A DNA stretch of 64,000 bases from Amphiscolops sp. MND2022 (lineage: Eukaryota), in the NCBI GenBank assembly GCA_964187785.1, contig OZ076409.1, positions 93,622,001 to 93,686,000 on the forward strand, given 5' to 3'. The first letter of the stretch is position 1; the number at the start of each line of letters is the position of its first letter. Of the stretch, positions 27,191 through 38,523 are shown in pieces. The notes beneath the pieces are model-generated. The model had not been told where the DNA came from. It saw nothing but the letters and a program-made list of their open reading frames with translations, and ran no database searches. Made by a program: the position numbers and the translations under genes.

Positions 27191-28149
27191 GGCTAACAGG
27201 TCCTAATTCATGATAAATATTCTGAGTTGTTTTCATTTTCATACATTTCTAACTCAAATATGCTAATTTTTACGCCAGTTTTGATAAGTTTTGGCTTCTT
27301 CATGAATAATTACCATTATTAATTAAGGCTTTTCGACTCATTACTAACTATAGTAATGAAGTATTAACTCAATCGAATCAGGAGTTTTCTGAAAAGTATG
27401 AGGTGAAAAAATTATGTACCTGATTTTTTTGACTTTGGCTCAGAGACATGAAATGCTAACAAAAACCAAAATCATGTAAGATTATAGTATACCACAGTAG
27501 CCGTGATAAATTAAAATAAACGCTGAAATTTTCATCCGTTGCTGAGATTATAGCATAACCATGGCAAGATAATGACAAAGTGTTGTGAAGAAGACTATTG
27601 TCAATTAGGTCGCATGGCATTTGGCGATTTTTCTTTTCCCTGAACATTTTCAGTCGCATTCCATATTTGCACTGTTGTTCTTTGCCACTTACAGTAGCCT
27701 TCCTAACTAACGCAATTCCATTGCTTGAAATTGCAAATTTCAAATCCAATCATCTTGATAGAAGACAAAAAACTGTCAGCTACGAAAGTTTTTAAAAGTT
27801 TTTATCGTAGTTTTCAAAAATATTTGTTTGAATTTTCTGCGACGAAGTTAAAAATTGTAAATTTGGAGGAAATTTCATCAAATTTCTCAACTTTCAGCAC
27901 TTTTTCTCGATTTTCACAATATCGAAAAATATTTTTGAAAAAGTTTTAGTCACCCGGGTCGCCCTCAATGGATATCTTAGTAAGATCTTGGCAATATCAT
28001 GCCAAGATCTTGGAAAAATTTTAGCCAAGAATTGCAAGATGTCATGGTAAGATCTTATCAAAAGAGCCATGTTCCCAAGAAAATTTTTATTGCAAAATCC
28101 TATTTCACAAAAAAAATCTGAAGGAAGTCAACAAAAATACACTATGGTC

Positions 28150-28794
28150 CGAGGCAAACCACCATGATACCAGCTCAATTTACCTCCTAAGGGTTGCCGG
28201 TCCCGAGGAGGGGGAACCGTCTTGAAGGATGCTCTCCGGCCTGAGTCCAGTCTGTAGCTGCTAAGAATCACGGGAATTGCACTGGAATTTGCAACCACTG
28301 CGTAGATAGCTCATAAAAACCATTTGGTTGTTGATAACTGCATTTTCTCTAGTGGGAATCTGGGTAAATGCAAACATGAATAAATGACAACAGCCCTCGA
28401 GCATATTACAATCTAAATACAAATACCTTACAAATTATGATAATAGAGTCCGGTTCAGCGAAAGCTGTAGATATTGGGTCATTGTGGCACCACCGCTCGA
28501 GCTGACACAACCACTGGGCACCGGAAGTCTCTTTAAGCTGTCATCAAAACTCTCGGTTCGGCACGGTAAAATACAGGATTCTGTGGGCAAACACCTTGGT
28601 TTGGAACGTTTTGGCTATTTCACTACTGTCTGCACTCTCGGTCACCTTGTTATATCTCGCGGGGTGGCTTTTTTGACCGTCTTTCTTCACTTGTTCTGAC
28701 AGGTACTTCGATAAAACATGCTCAGGATGCCACGTCAGATTTGAACGAAAATTTTAAAATTGGTCAAAAATTCATTGATCACGATGCCGTTACA
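28150..28794 (-). repeat. Truncated solo LTR related to the giant element
   Basis: gggggaaccgtcttg...ctctccggcctg...agtctgtagctgct and tgccacgtcagatttgaacgaa match the 36100 LTR; ends gccgttaca at 28794; left TGTAAC not found. Confidence 0.8.
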
Positions 28795-29755
28795 TTGTTT
28801 ATTCAGTGATGCACGGATCAAATTGTTCTATCAATTGGAAATCCGTGGCCAACAACGGCGTCAGAAAAACCTCGAGCTGAATCCTTGCCCAAACCCGGAC
28901 AATGACCACCAATTCCAGCAATAATACGGCTGCTGAAACAAACTCCAAGGTAGACAGGGATATGAATTTACAAAATTTCCGGTTTCCATAGTGTTCCCTG
29001 TGTAACTTTCCGATAGTTGCTTTGGACGACGTTTGAGACAATTTTCCTCCGTCTCTGGAGTCGACAGGAGTGATATGTTTCAAGTTTTCAAACGTCCCCG
29101 AAATGAGCATCCATTTAGTACATTCGCATTTCGCAGTCTTAAACAGGTGAGGAGTTGTTAGGGTTCTCGTCAGAATTTCGGAAACTAAAATACGTTATCG
29201 TAATTTTTTTTGCTCAGTTTTGCATGCAAATATATTTCAGCGGGTTGAAACATTTCGATTAAAAGAACGAATAAAAATAGTCGTTGTTGGGTGAAATGAG
29301 CCTTTTAATTTAGTCTCGGCTGCTTCATTAGAGTACATCAGCAAGCTTAATTTGCTCAAAGTGCAACTTTGTGCTTTCAATAACTCGGATTGCACGACCA
29401 TACCTTCAACCGTGCAAAACTGGCAAATTACGTCATATGTCCCGGATGCCACGGATTTCGTCGTGGATTCCAGTAACAAATGCTTAGCTGTGCGAACTGT
29501 CGGCATGCCGCTGTTTCCCGGATTCTACAAAAACGTAAGTTTTGCAAAATGAACCAATCAGATTGCAGAAATCATAAATTTCCTGGATTCCATGACTTTG
29601 TGCTTGACGCGATTCGCGGCATCTCTCCTTGATTTAAATTCAAGTGGATGACTGAACAAACATAATATTATGCACTACGTTTCGTATATTAACTCAAAAT
29701 GATTCAGGCAAAAACACCAATATCACACAAGTTATCATATTTTTCGAAGTTTAGT

Positions 29756-30161
29756 CCAGTTTTGAACAAACTGCCAGATCATCACAATCTGCCATTTTTG
29801 ATGACATGCGGCAATTTTGGTACCAGTGATGAGTATCTCTATTCGTACTTAGGGATTTTTGGTGTCAATCAAAACAATTTCCATTGATAAAAATTTGATT
29901 TAGTTGAAGTTCTTTTGCCTTTCCAATAAGAATCGTGCAAAATGAATATTATATTACACAAATATTCGTATTTTTCAGTTCAGTACCAGTTTTGAACAAA
30001 CTGCCAGATCATCACAATCTGCCATTTTTTGGTGACATGCTGCAATTTTGGTACCAGTGATGAGTATCTCTATTCGTACTTTGGGATTTTTTGTGTCAAT
30101 CAAAACATTTTCCATTGATATTAAATTAATTTAATTAAAAGTTCTTTTGCCTTTCAAATAA
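29756..30161. repeat. Direct duplication, ~231-bp period
   Basis: ccagttttgaacaaactgccagatcatcac at 29756 and 29987. Confidence 0.85.
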
Positions 30162-31609
30162 TGATTACTCAAAATCAGCGGACCAATCAGAGAGCATCGG
30201 CAAAAGCGTCATTATTGCAGCAGTATTGGCGTGGAATCCAGGACAAGCACTGTCGTGGAATCCAAGACACGCTCAACATCAAAGGGAAAGTTTGTCTGGA
30301 TTCCACGACTTTTCTCAATTGTCGTGTCCCGGATTCCACAAAAAGCAGCAAAATAGCTTGCCTGTGCACTGTAATGTTGTACCGAAGAAATAGTGTTTTT
30401 TACAATCTTAGAATTTCGTCCATCTTGACAAGATACGATCTTGGAATAATGTATTATCTTAGTAAGATCTTTTTAAGAAACTTGCCATGGGTTCCATGGT
30501 CGCCAAGATGTAGTAAGAACTTGGTAAGATCTTTCCTAGACAGCCATGATGCTAGTAAGAAGGTCAACCCGGGTAATCATTCGTACCCAAATCTCTTGAG
30601 GATGCTGACATAGTTTGATTGAAAATTGTTTTCGATTTCACATAAAAATCATCACTTTTCTAAATACATTTCTTATAGCGTATAAATGTATTGCGTACTC
30701 ATAGACACAAATAATGATGCATTTTCTGATTCAAAACATATTCTCGATCAGGACAATTCATTAAATGATTTAATGGATGATAGAAATTACTGGGTCCTTG
30801 AACTTCACATAGTATCACCGTCCTTTGCTTCAGGTTTAATTTCAGTAAAACACCTTTTCAGGCAACCACGAATTTATCTGAAGAAACTAATTCCTTCATT
30901 GCCAGGAAATGCCTGTTAATTCAGTTTTTGCCCAAATTGTCCCGTTATTTCTGTGCATTTGTAGCAGTATTTTCGATACAATGGAACAAGATTTTTGAGT
31001 GTTGTTCAAAAAATCAAAGGAATCATTTCGGAAAAAAGCTTTCGTTGAAGCAAACTGCGCCAAGTCTGCTCCTGATAATATCATCTCTTGTTTTATCTCT
31101 TGGATTATTTTTTAACCGAGGTGGAATTTAATAAAATAATCTGAGAAATCTCAAAATAATGCCCGCCGTTTTTAATTGAATAATGCCGGAAAAAACTCTT
31201 TCTGCTGTGACAGTACATTGAACGCTTAAGAGCCACTGATAAGAAAATTCATTGCATTTTTTATCTTTTTTCCCGTTCTCCTACTGTAACAGAAATCTTA
31301 GAAGATATGTTTCATAAAACAATAATTTGTACCGGTCAAAGCAGCGAAAACATGATTAATACGATAGCCATGAAGAAAACAAAGAATTCCTCCTAAAATA
31401 TCATGAAAGTGAGACACGATAGAGAAAAGCAGCGTAAATGCAATTATTAAAACACTAAATGCCTCGTTCTCAAACGTGTAATAGTGAAAGTAAAAAATTC
31501 AAGAACATAGCATAGTATCAGGTAAAACGAAAATCGATCCAGTATTTCATACCTATGTCTATTCCGTTAATTTTGTCCATTTTGGAATTGGACGGGCAGT
31601 TAACAGTTA

Positions 31610-34332
31610 TAATCGAATTGATGTTGATTTGCAGAGCGGCGTTCGCTTCAAGTGAATGGTTGTAGTGATTTTGTTTACGCATACGTGTACAGCGCTGTGA
31701 TTGGTCGGTTTGCCGTTCCGACGACGATTGTCCGGTATTTCGCGTAATGCTTCCGTTCGTTTGATATTAAACAGATCGTAGAAATGGCTTATTACGTTCT
31801 CGTCTTCGGCTTCTATTTCGCCGTGTTCTGCTTTCTCGTTCCGCTTCGGTTTCGTCACCGTACGCGATTGGGTGTCGCTTAAGGCAGTCTGACAGCGGAA
31901 TATTCTCGGAAAGTCCCCATAGCGCTCGCTATCGGAAAGTCCCCATAGCGCTCCCAACGATTCTATATCATCTTTGGCGTGTTTTTTTCCACAATCCATT
32001 GAAAATCTGCTGGCGATTGCTATGGGTCTGAATACCTCGTCCTCTTTTTTGTCAGAGTGTCGCCCTCAGACCCGTATTACAAACGTCAGTTGTTATATAA
32101 TTATATTTATTTGGATCAAAGTGTGCCAGACACGGTGCTACCGTGATTTCTTTCTTTACCTTCTCGAAGTCTTCGATTATTTCTAGTGTGCACTCGGAAT
32201 TTCTGCCTTACTTTAATAGTCTTCTCATTCTGTCTGTCTTCTGGGAAAGGTTGTTGATATATTGGGATAAGTGTTGCGTTGATCCCAGAAAAGATTTCAG
32301 CTCTTTTGTGTTTCCGAAGGCCGGTAATTTTGTGATTGCTTCTGATTTGTCGCTCACAGGATTCACTCCGTTCTGATTAATGTCATATCAGAGCCATGTT
32401 AATTCTCTTTTAAATAGTTTTGTTTTTTTTTGCTCACTCGGTATCCAGCATCTTGTAGTTTGGATAGAATGTCCCGTAGTTTGCGTTGTGTGGTCTTCAG
32501 CTGTTCCGTTCGTTACACAGATAATATCATCTATCCTGATTGGTGTTTTGAATTCCAATACTTTTTCAATGTGTTCTTGAATTACGGTGGGAATGTTCGA
32601 TAGTCTGTAGAAACACTTTTTAAATCAGTAGTGTCCCAGAAATCGCCGCAAGTTATTGAAAACACACAGTGTTATGATGCTTCTTCGGATAGTTTTGCTT
32701 GGCCGTAAGCGTAATCCAGGTCGATCTTCGACATCCATATTTCACCGTTGCTCTTTGTATTTTTTGCCGAAATATTGCAGAATAATTCTTCCATATTCTG
32801 CATGGCTGCTTTTCGTTTGATACAGCCTTCGTTCAGTTTTTGGGAGTCTAGGGCAATTTTGACCAATTTGTCTTTCTTTATAGTTATCACTGCGGGGGAT
32901 ACAAAACAATTTTTGGTTGTTTTGTCTGCTTTCTCGAGCTGTCCCTTCGCGATCAATTTCTCCAGTTCTCGTGGTATTGTGTTTTGGAAATGAATGGAAA
33001 CGCGTCTTCCCTTTTGCCGTATTGGTTTGGAATCATTTTTAACTTTGAGGTCTATTGGCAAGTCTTTTATCGTGTGGTAGTGTTTGAATAGATATACGTA
33101 TTCTCCTATAATTTTCTCACGTCATTCGTCGTTCCTCACGTTCCTGATACTGTTGGGTTTTTTTCCTTGTAAACCAATTTCCACTTTGTCTAGCCAGTTT
33201 AGTCCCTTTGATCGGCATGCTTTGGCAAAGTGTCCCGTTCTCTTGCAATTGTTATAATGTGCTTTCCGTGCCCGGCATGAAGGATCCGGTGTCCAATTCC
33301 ATTTTCCGCAGAAATGGCAGTTTCGAAAATTTGGTTTCTTTTTATCCGTATCGTTCGATCTCTTCTTCCGTATTGGTTTTGCGTAGGCAGTCTGTTCTCC
33401 ATCTGAGGAACTGCCCGAGGATGTTATCCTTTGTCTTCTCTCTTTGGATTTTTTATCCCGTATTTACGGTTGTAGTTGTCCAATTCGATCGTTTCCAGTC
33501 CCAATCGTAGTTTCAATGGTCCTTTGATGAACTTTGATTTGGTGTCATTTATTGTGGCTGCGAATTTGTACGTGATTATTTCTTCGTGCGTGATCCTGTT
33601 AAATTCGCACCTTCTTTCAATATCCACAAGTTTTTCCAATACTCATGAAGTGTCTCGTTGTCTTCTTGTTTGATATTGAAGAATTGGGCTCTACTGTGGA
33701 ACACCTTTCTCGTTGGTAACAATGACTTCTTAAACAATCTTAGCAGCTCTTGTAGACTGATGTCTTTTAGTTCATTGCCCCATTGACCTGTCATTATCTC
33801 GTGTTTTGCCTATGGACCCAATGCCCAAATGTAAATGTCGTCGCCTTTGATATGATGGGTTATCTGTACGTCCAAAGATTCTGTTCCTAGGTCCATCAGT
33901 TCTAAGTTTTTCTGGTGTGTGTTCTGGCTAATGTATTCTCCCACCACATTCTCCCACCACATTCTCCCACCACATTCTCGGGTTTGTTTTCGTCAGATCC
34001 ATTTCTTTATCCGAAAGAATCGGTATTTTGTATTTGTTTTCTTCATCCTTTCTATAACCGTGGTTTGATTTGGTTTAGTTTGCTCGGTTGTATTTTTCTC
34101 TGTAGTGTATATCCATGTTTTCTCGTCCTTTATGCTGACTGCGCCATGTGATAGACTGAAAATAAGGAGGTAAGAAGGACTTCAATTGTAAAATCAACGA
34201 ATGTACTATAAACAAAACTCAGTATAGAAAACGTGTGGATTATGCGGTATCGAAAACAAAGCAATAATATAATGAATGTAGGTTCTAGTATGCCAAGCGG
34301 AAGTTGGGCGTTCGAATTCAGCCAACACCGCA
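31610..34332 (-). mobile_element. Decayed small Gypsy element (5' LTR, PBS, gag, RT)
   Basis: Putative LTR 34147-34332 with PBS TGGCGCAGTC (34146-34137) adjacent; gag pieces HSRAQFFNIKQE and ERRCEF...YKF, knuckle remnant CKRTGHFAKAC; RT ORF 32672-33061. Left boundary approximate. Confidence 0.75.
32150..33061 (-). pseudogene. pol: Reverse transcriptase fragment
   Basis: FVSPAVITIKKD.LVKIALDS.KLN...IDLDYAYGQ; continues with stops and frameshifts. Confidence 0.85.
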
Positions 34333-34716
34333 ATTTTATCTTTTCAAATTGACCCCTAATAATAGCACTTTCTGATAAAATTTGTAAAGCTTTAATAAGT
34401 TTCGGAAATGAAAATATGAAAATCCGGTAAAATATTTCTAACTTCATTAGTTGGGGCGAAGCCTGTTTTGCGTTGGGCGGGCCCCCTTTCGTGATATTTC
34501 CAATTATTTGAAGTTTTTCAGACTTTTCATGAAAACAGCATAGTAGCATACTCAGAAAACGTTTTTTTTGCCTTTACCAGGGCGCCAATTTTAGACGTAC
34601 CTACCTTGTTTCTTTCGAAAAGCTCAATCTTTGTTTCTATTAACTCAATCCTTTCTGGCTCCTCAGTGTTATCAATCGTCGGCATAAAAATTAGAATGAC
34701 GCATCGATTCTAACTT

Positions 34717-35403
34717 ACCGTACTGAGACTCCATTCAATCCCATCGATGGGCATCGATGGCCCATCGATGGCCATCGCAACTTTTTCCGATGGGTATCGA
34801 TGGACCATCGATGGGATTTGAATTATTGCCCAGCTCATGGGGGCACTTGTGGAGCATTTTCGGGTTAAATATATCTAATTTTAACCTACTCTCATTTCCT
34901 TTTGAGCCTGAGTAAGCTTTCTCGATCTTTGCAATTATTCGCATGAAAATGCGACGGAATCGAGCTCCCATTGCTGAGAAAACCATCTGCTTGTAAGAAG
35001 AAAAATATCTGAGATATGCAGAAATTTGACTCTTAAAATACGTTTTTGTATAAAATATTTGGTGTTTTTTCCTTGGAAAATCAACAGAATCCGGTTTTTC
35101 ACAAAGATAAATAATATGGATAATTATGTATAATTTCATTTCCAAACAAAATATTTGGGCATCCTCGAAATCCCAAACAAAGCTTAAATAGACTGAAAAA
35201 TTTAAATGGCGAGAGTTTTGTTGAAATTTTGAACATGGCGAAGTCGAACGAATTTTTGTGATCGAAAATTTCGATTCCCATCGATGGGTCATCGATGCTT
35301 CATCGATGACCCATCGATGGGATCATCGTTAGAAAAACCTCATCGATGCCCATCGATGGACCATTGATGGCCATCGATAGACCCCATGGGTTATCAGTAC
35401 GGG
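34717..35403. mobile_element. MITE with CATCGATG-rich subterminal arrays
   Basis: Ends ccgtactga / tcagtacgg; clusters of ccatcgatgg at 34741-34812 and 35278-35380. Confidence 0.7.
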
Positions 35404-36099
35404 TTATCAGTAGTTTAAGATCAATCTATACTTTCATTTCGTTTCTAAGATTTCTCTCAACTGAACCCGGAAATGTAAGTTTTCGACAACTGTTTTATTC
35501 ACAATGCAAAAACTAGCAACCTCATTAAGAATTTACGGTGTTTACAAAGTGTTTAAAACGTGGATACGCTCGATTTTTTCAACACTGAAAAGTGTTTTCA
35601 CGTTTAAGCCTATACTACGAATACTACAAAATGTTACCGCTGTATTAGAAGTATATTTAAATATATTATCAGAACGATTATCTGTCTTAGTTTCAAATCT
35701 GTCACACGCAGTGTCAATTTTTCCAATTAAGCAATCATTTGTGAGAGAAAAATGGTTGTTGCTTACCAAAGAAGCAATAAATGCCAAAATCGTACGGAAA
35801 AATCAACATTTCAATTCTTTTGTGACATAGCCTTTTTCTAAACAGATTCAGCTGAAGCTCGTTTAAATAATTACGAACATGCTTTCCATTACAAGAAAGA
35901 AATTATATAACTATAGTGCAAAGAGGCAAGAAAGAAGGCATACTTACACTTTTTTGCCTCTTTGCACGATTATTTCTTACAAATTGCTTTGCATATTTTT
36001 CGAAAAAATTGTGAAGTCAGATTGAGAAGGCTCCTAGATTTTTTTGAACTTTTACTCTGCAAGGAAAAGAGGACGCTTCTTACGCCCTAGTTGAGAAAG

Positions 36100-36840
36100 T
36101 GTAACGATAAGCGCTGGCGCTTGAACCGCAACTTAGAGTGGAGGAACTAGAACAGCGAATATAATCTGGGACCTAGATCTCCGCGGCTCTAGCTCATTTT
36201 CCCTCCGAAGGAGCCAGTCTCAAGGTGGGGGAACCGTCTTGTTGGATACTCTCTGGCCTGGTCCTAGTCTGTAACTGCTGAAAGTAACAGGCATCTTGCA
36301 TGACTCAAGACCACTGCTCAACTAGCCTTTAAAGATCGGGCTGAAAATCGGTGAAGGTTGAACCGTAGTATTGGAGAATCTGATAAAATCGCAAAACTGG
36401 ATAAACAGATGTTAAATAACAGCTCTCGAGCATATCAATTTATCGCATTGAAAAATACAACAAGAAATCAAGAGTTCAGGGTCATTTGATGAAAATTGAC
36501 CTCGGCTTCCCAGCGCTAGCGCTAGTTGCCACACAGGATACCGCAGAAATACTCAGGCGAACATCTGGAACACTGGTTTTCTCTACTGTAGTAACGGCAA
36601 TCTCCTAGAGATGGACACTATACCGTGTTCTGTATACGCTGGGGACGTCTCTCTAGTCGTCTCCGGTTCTCGTTCATCGCGGGCGGCGATTTCTGATTTT
36701 CTGGGGTGCTTTTTTGGCAGGTACTTCATCTTGAGCATGTTTGAGTGCCACGTCAAATTTGAACGAATTTATGACAAAATTTCTGAACATGTCAAAGTTG
36801 CAAAATCGGTTGATATTGCTGTACCAGAGCTGCCGTTACA
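36100..36840 (-). repeat. 3' LTR (741 bp)
   Basis: Direct repeat of 53021-53762; about 9 substitutions and 1 indel by eye. Confidence 0.97.
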
Positions 36841-36878
36841 TCACTCCCCGGGCTTCTGGCTTGTCGTCCCCGGCAAGC
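36841..36878 (-). promoter_or_regulatory. Polypurine tract (GGGGAGTGA) and upstream GGGA-loop hairpin
   Basis: Minus strand reads gcttgccg GGGA cgacaagc cagaagccc GGGGAGTGA|TGTAAC. Confidence 0.85.
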
Positions 36879-37588
36879 GGCGTCTGGCTGCATCTGAGAA
36901 CTGCATCACACTGATTGCTGGGGGTCGTCATCCAGACTTCCAGGAGACAAGGACGAGTCCTTGTTTGACAGCAACTATTTTGGTCGATTTTCGCAGTTTT
37001 TCTCGAAAAATATCTTTTTGCCTAGGTATTTTTACAAAACTATGAACGGGTTTTAGCACCAGCTCGAGAGCTAGGGTTGTCAATCGGTTAAAACTCGTCT
37101 GGGCAACCACTTTTCGTTAAAACTTTTTTTGCGACCAAAGTCAGCTAAAATTTCTTTTCTTAACCATTCGGCGTTTGTCGTTTCTGGCGATTTAAAACTT
37201 TTTTAGAGCACGCGGGCTCCTACAGTAAGCAACCAAACTGATAGAGAACACTAGACGAGAAAGAAAAATGCAGCTAGGAGGGCTAAAACTTCTTTTGATT
37301 ATGGTAACTGGAAAACACCGCGAACGGTGCGCAACAAAGATAGCAGTTTTTTGAATAATAGTTTTTCTTTTCTTTCTGCTTGGTAGTTCAAACCACTGGG
37401 GCAGGCGCACTCTACTGGCCGTACACCCAGTGCAACACTAATGGTACGCTAATCGCATAACTATAATTATAAACAAAAATTGCACTTCGTATTGTAGCAC
37501 CGTTTTGGATGAAAAGTTTCTAAGGCCCTGTTTGTTGGCAGTTTTTCGAGTTTACAGGGAGCGCGAACGCTCCCGTTGGCCGCTGGGT

Positions 37589-38170
37589 TCATTGAGCCGA
37601 ACTGCGTCGAGCTCGCTCTTTAGTGGGATCATTGGGGGTCTCCTCTGTATTATCAGTCGACACTGACGCTCGACGTCTGGGAGAGACTACGGTGACAACC
37701 GTCTCAGGGTCTGATAGATCTTCAGGGAGCGATAACTCGGCAATGGGCTGCACCAATGCTGCATCGGGAGTCAACTCAGCTGCGTGCTCTCCTGACTGTG
37801 GCTGCGAGGACTGAGGACTAGTTCGTGACCATGACGGGCTAACTGGTTCTGGCTCCAGGTTGTGAGTTGGAAGATTGATGGTGATCGGCTGTGAGATAGG
37901 CCGATCCAAAGACATAGCCATCGTTGGCGCGAGCATGGTAGGCGCGAACGCCTGTTGTCTCGCCATTTCCGCTCTGCTTTCCACGGCTAGTGCGACTCGT
38001 CGTGAAATCCAACCAGGTTGGCTCCAGATCTCGCAAGCTCTTTTCCACTTAGGGAAGCTAGCAACTTCCAATTCCAAATAATACTCCTCCCATTTCGCTC
38101 GTTCTGTCGAGCCCAACACTGAATTAATCTCGTCATGCTGAACGATAGACATATCTCCAGACATGGTCAT
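37589..38170 (-). CDS. Accessory ORF3 (193 aa), unknown; helical N-terminus, P/S/E-rich tail
   Basis: ATG-started open frame with GC content like pol; ATGA overlap with the upstream stop. Confidence 0.55.
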   Translation of the reverse strand: MTMSGDMSIVQHDEINSVLGSTERAKWEEYYLELEVASFPKWKRACEIWSQPGWISRRVALAVESRAEMARQQAFAPTMLAPTMAMSLDRPISQPITINLPTHNLEPEPVSPSWSRTSPQSSQPQSGEHAAELTPDAALVQPIAELSLPEDLSDPETVVTVVSPRRRASVSTDNTEETPNDPTKERARRSSAQ

Positions 38171-38523
38171 TTTTCCTTGGGGCTTCCACGCCGACTTCCG
38201 GGGAAACGGGGTGACACGGCTTTGGAGGTTTCGCTGTTGATCTGAGCAGCGCCTTCAATCCATCCTGGAATCTGAGCTAGTTCTAGGTGCTGGATTTGAC
38301 GGTTGAAAATTTCAGGGGCACGTCCAACGGGTTTCGCCCTTGGCCAACCCAATGGTTCTTTCCAATAGCGGTTTGGGAAGGCGATGCACTTGAAACAGTA
38401 CAAGGGGTCTATGGGTGGACCAGCACTAGTGCTGGCGCGGATCACCTTCCGTACGAATTCCTGACTCCACGGGAATCTGAAGGGGACTCCTTCAAAACTA
38501 AGAGGTGCGGAGTACCAATTCAC
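38167..38523 (-). CDS. Probable frameshifted C-terminus of accessory ORF2
   Basis: Removing one C in tggcccggtg (~38525) fuses it to ORF2 as TWPVNWYSAP. Confidence 0.55.
   Translation of the reverse strand: MNWYSAPLSFEGVPFRFPWSQEFVRKVIRASTSAGPPIDPLYCFKCIAFPNRYWKEPLGWPRAKPVGRAPEIFNRQIQHLELAQIPGWIEGAAQINSETSKAVSPRFPGSRRGSPKEK

Larger units (their letters stand above)
27953..30573. mobile_element. Non-autonomous TIR element with aagatctt-rich subtermini, containing an LTR fragment
   Basis: Ends cccgggtcgccct / aggtcaacccggg, followed by TA on the right (CA on the left); aagatctt repeats near both ends. Confidence 0.5.

Noticed and set aside
34735..35292. 185-aa ORF
   Set aside because: Lies within a MITE; ends are translated CATCGATG repeats; no domain.
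36611..37045. ORFs in the LTRs (also 53504-53941, 53532-53780)
   Set aside because: They cross LTR boundaries, diverge outside the repeat and have no motifs.
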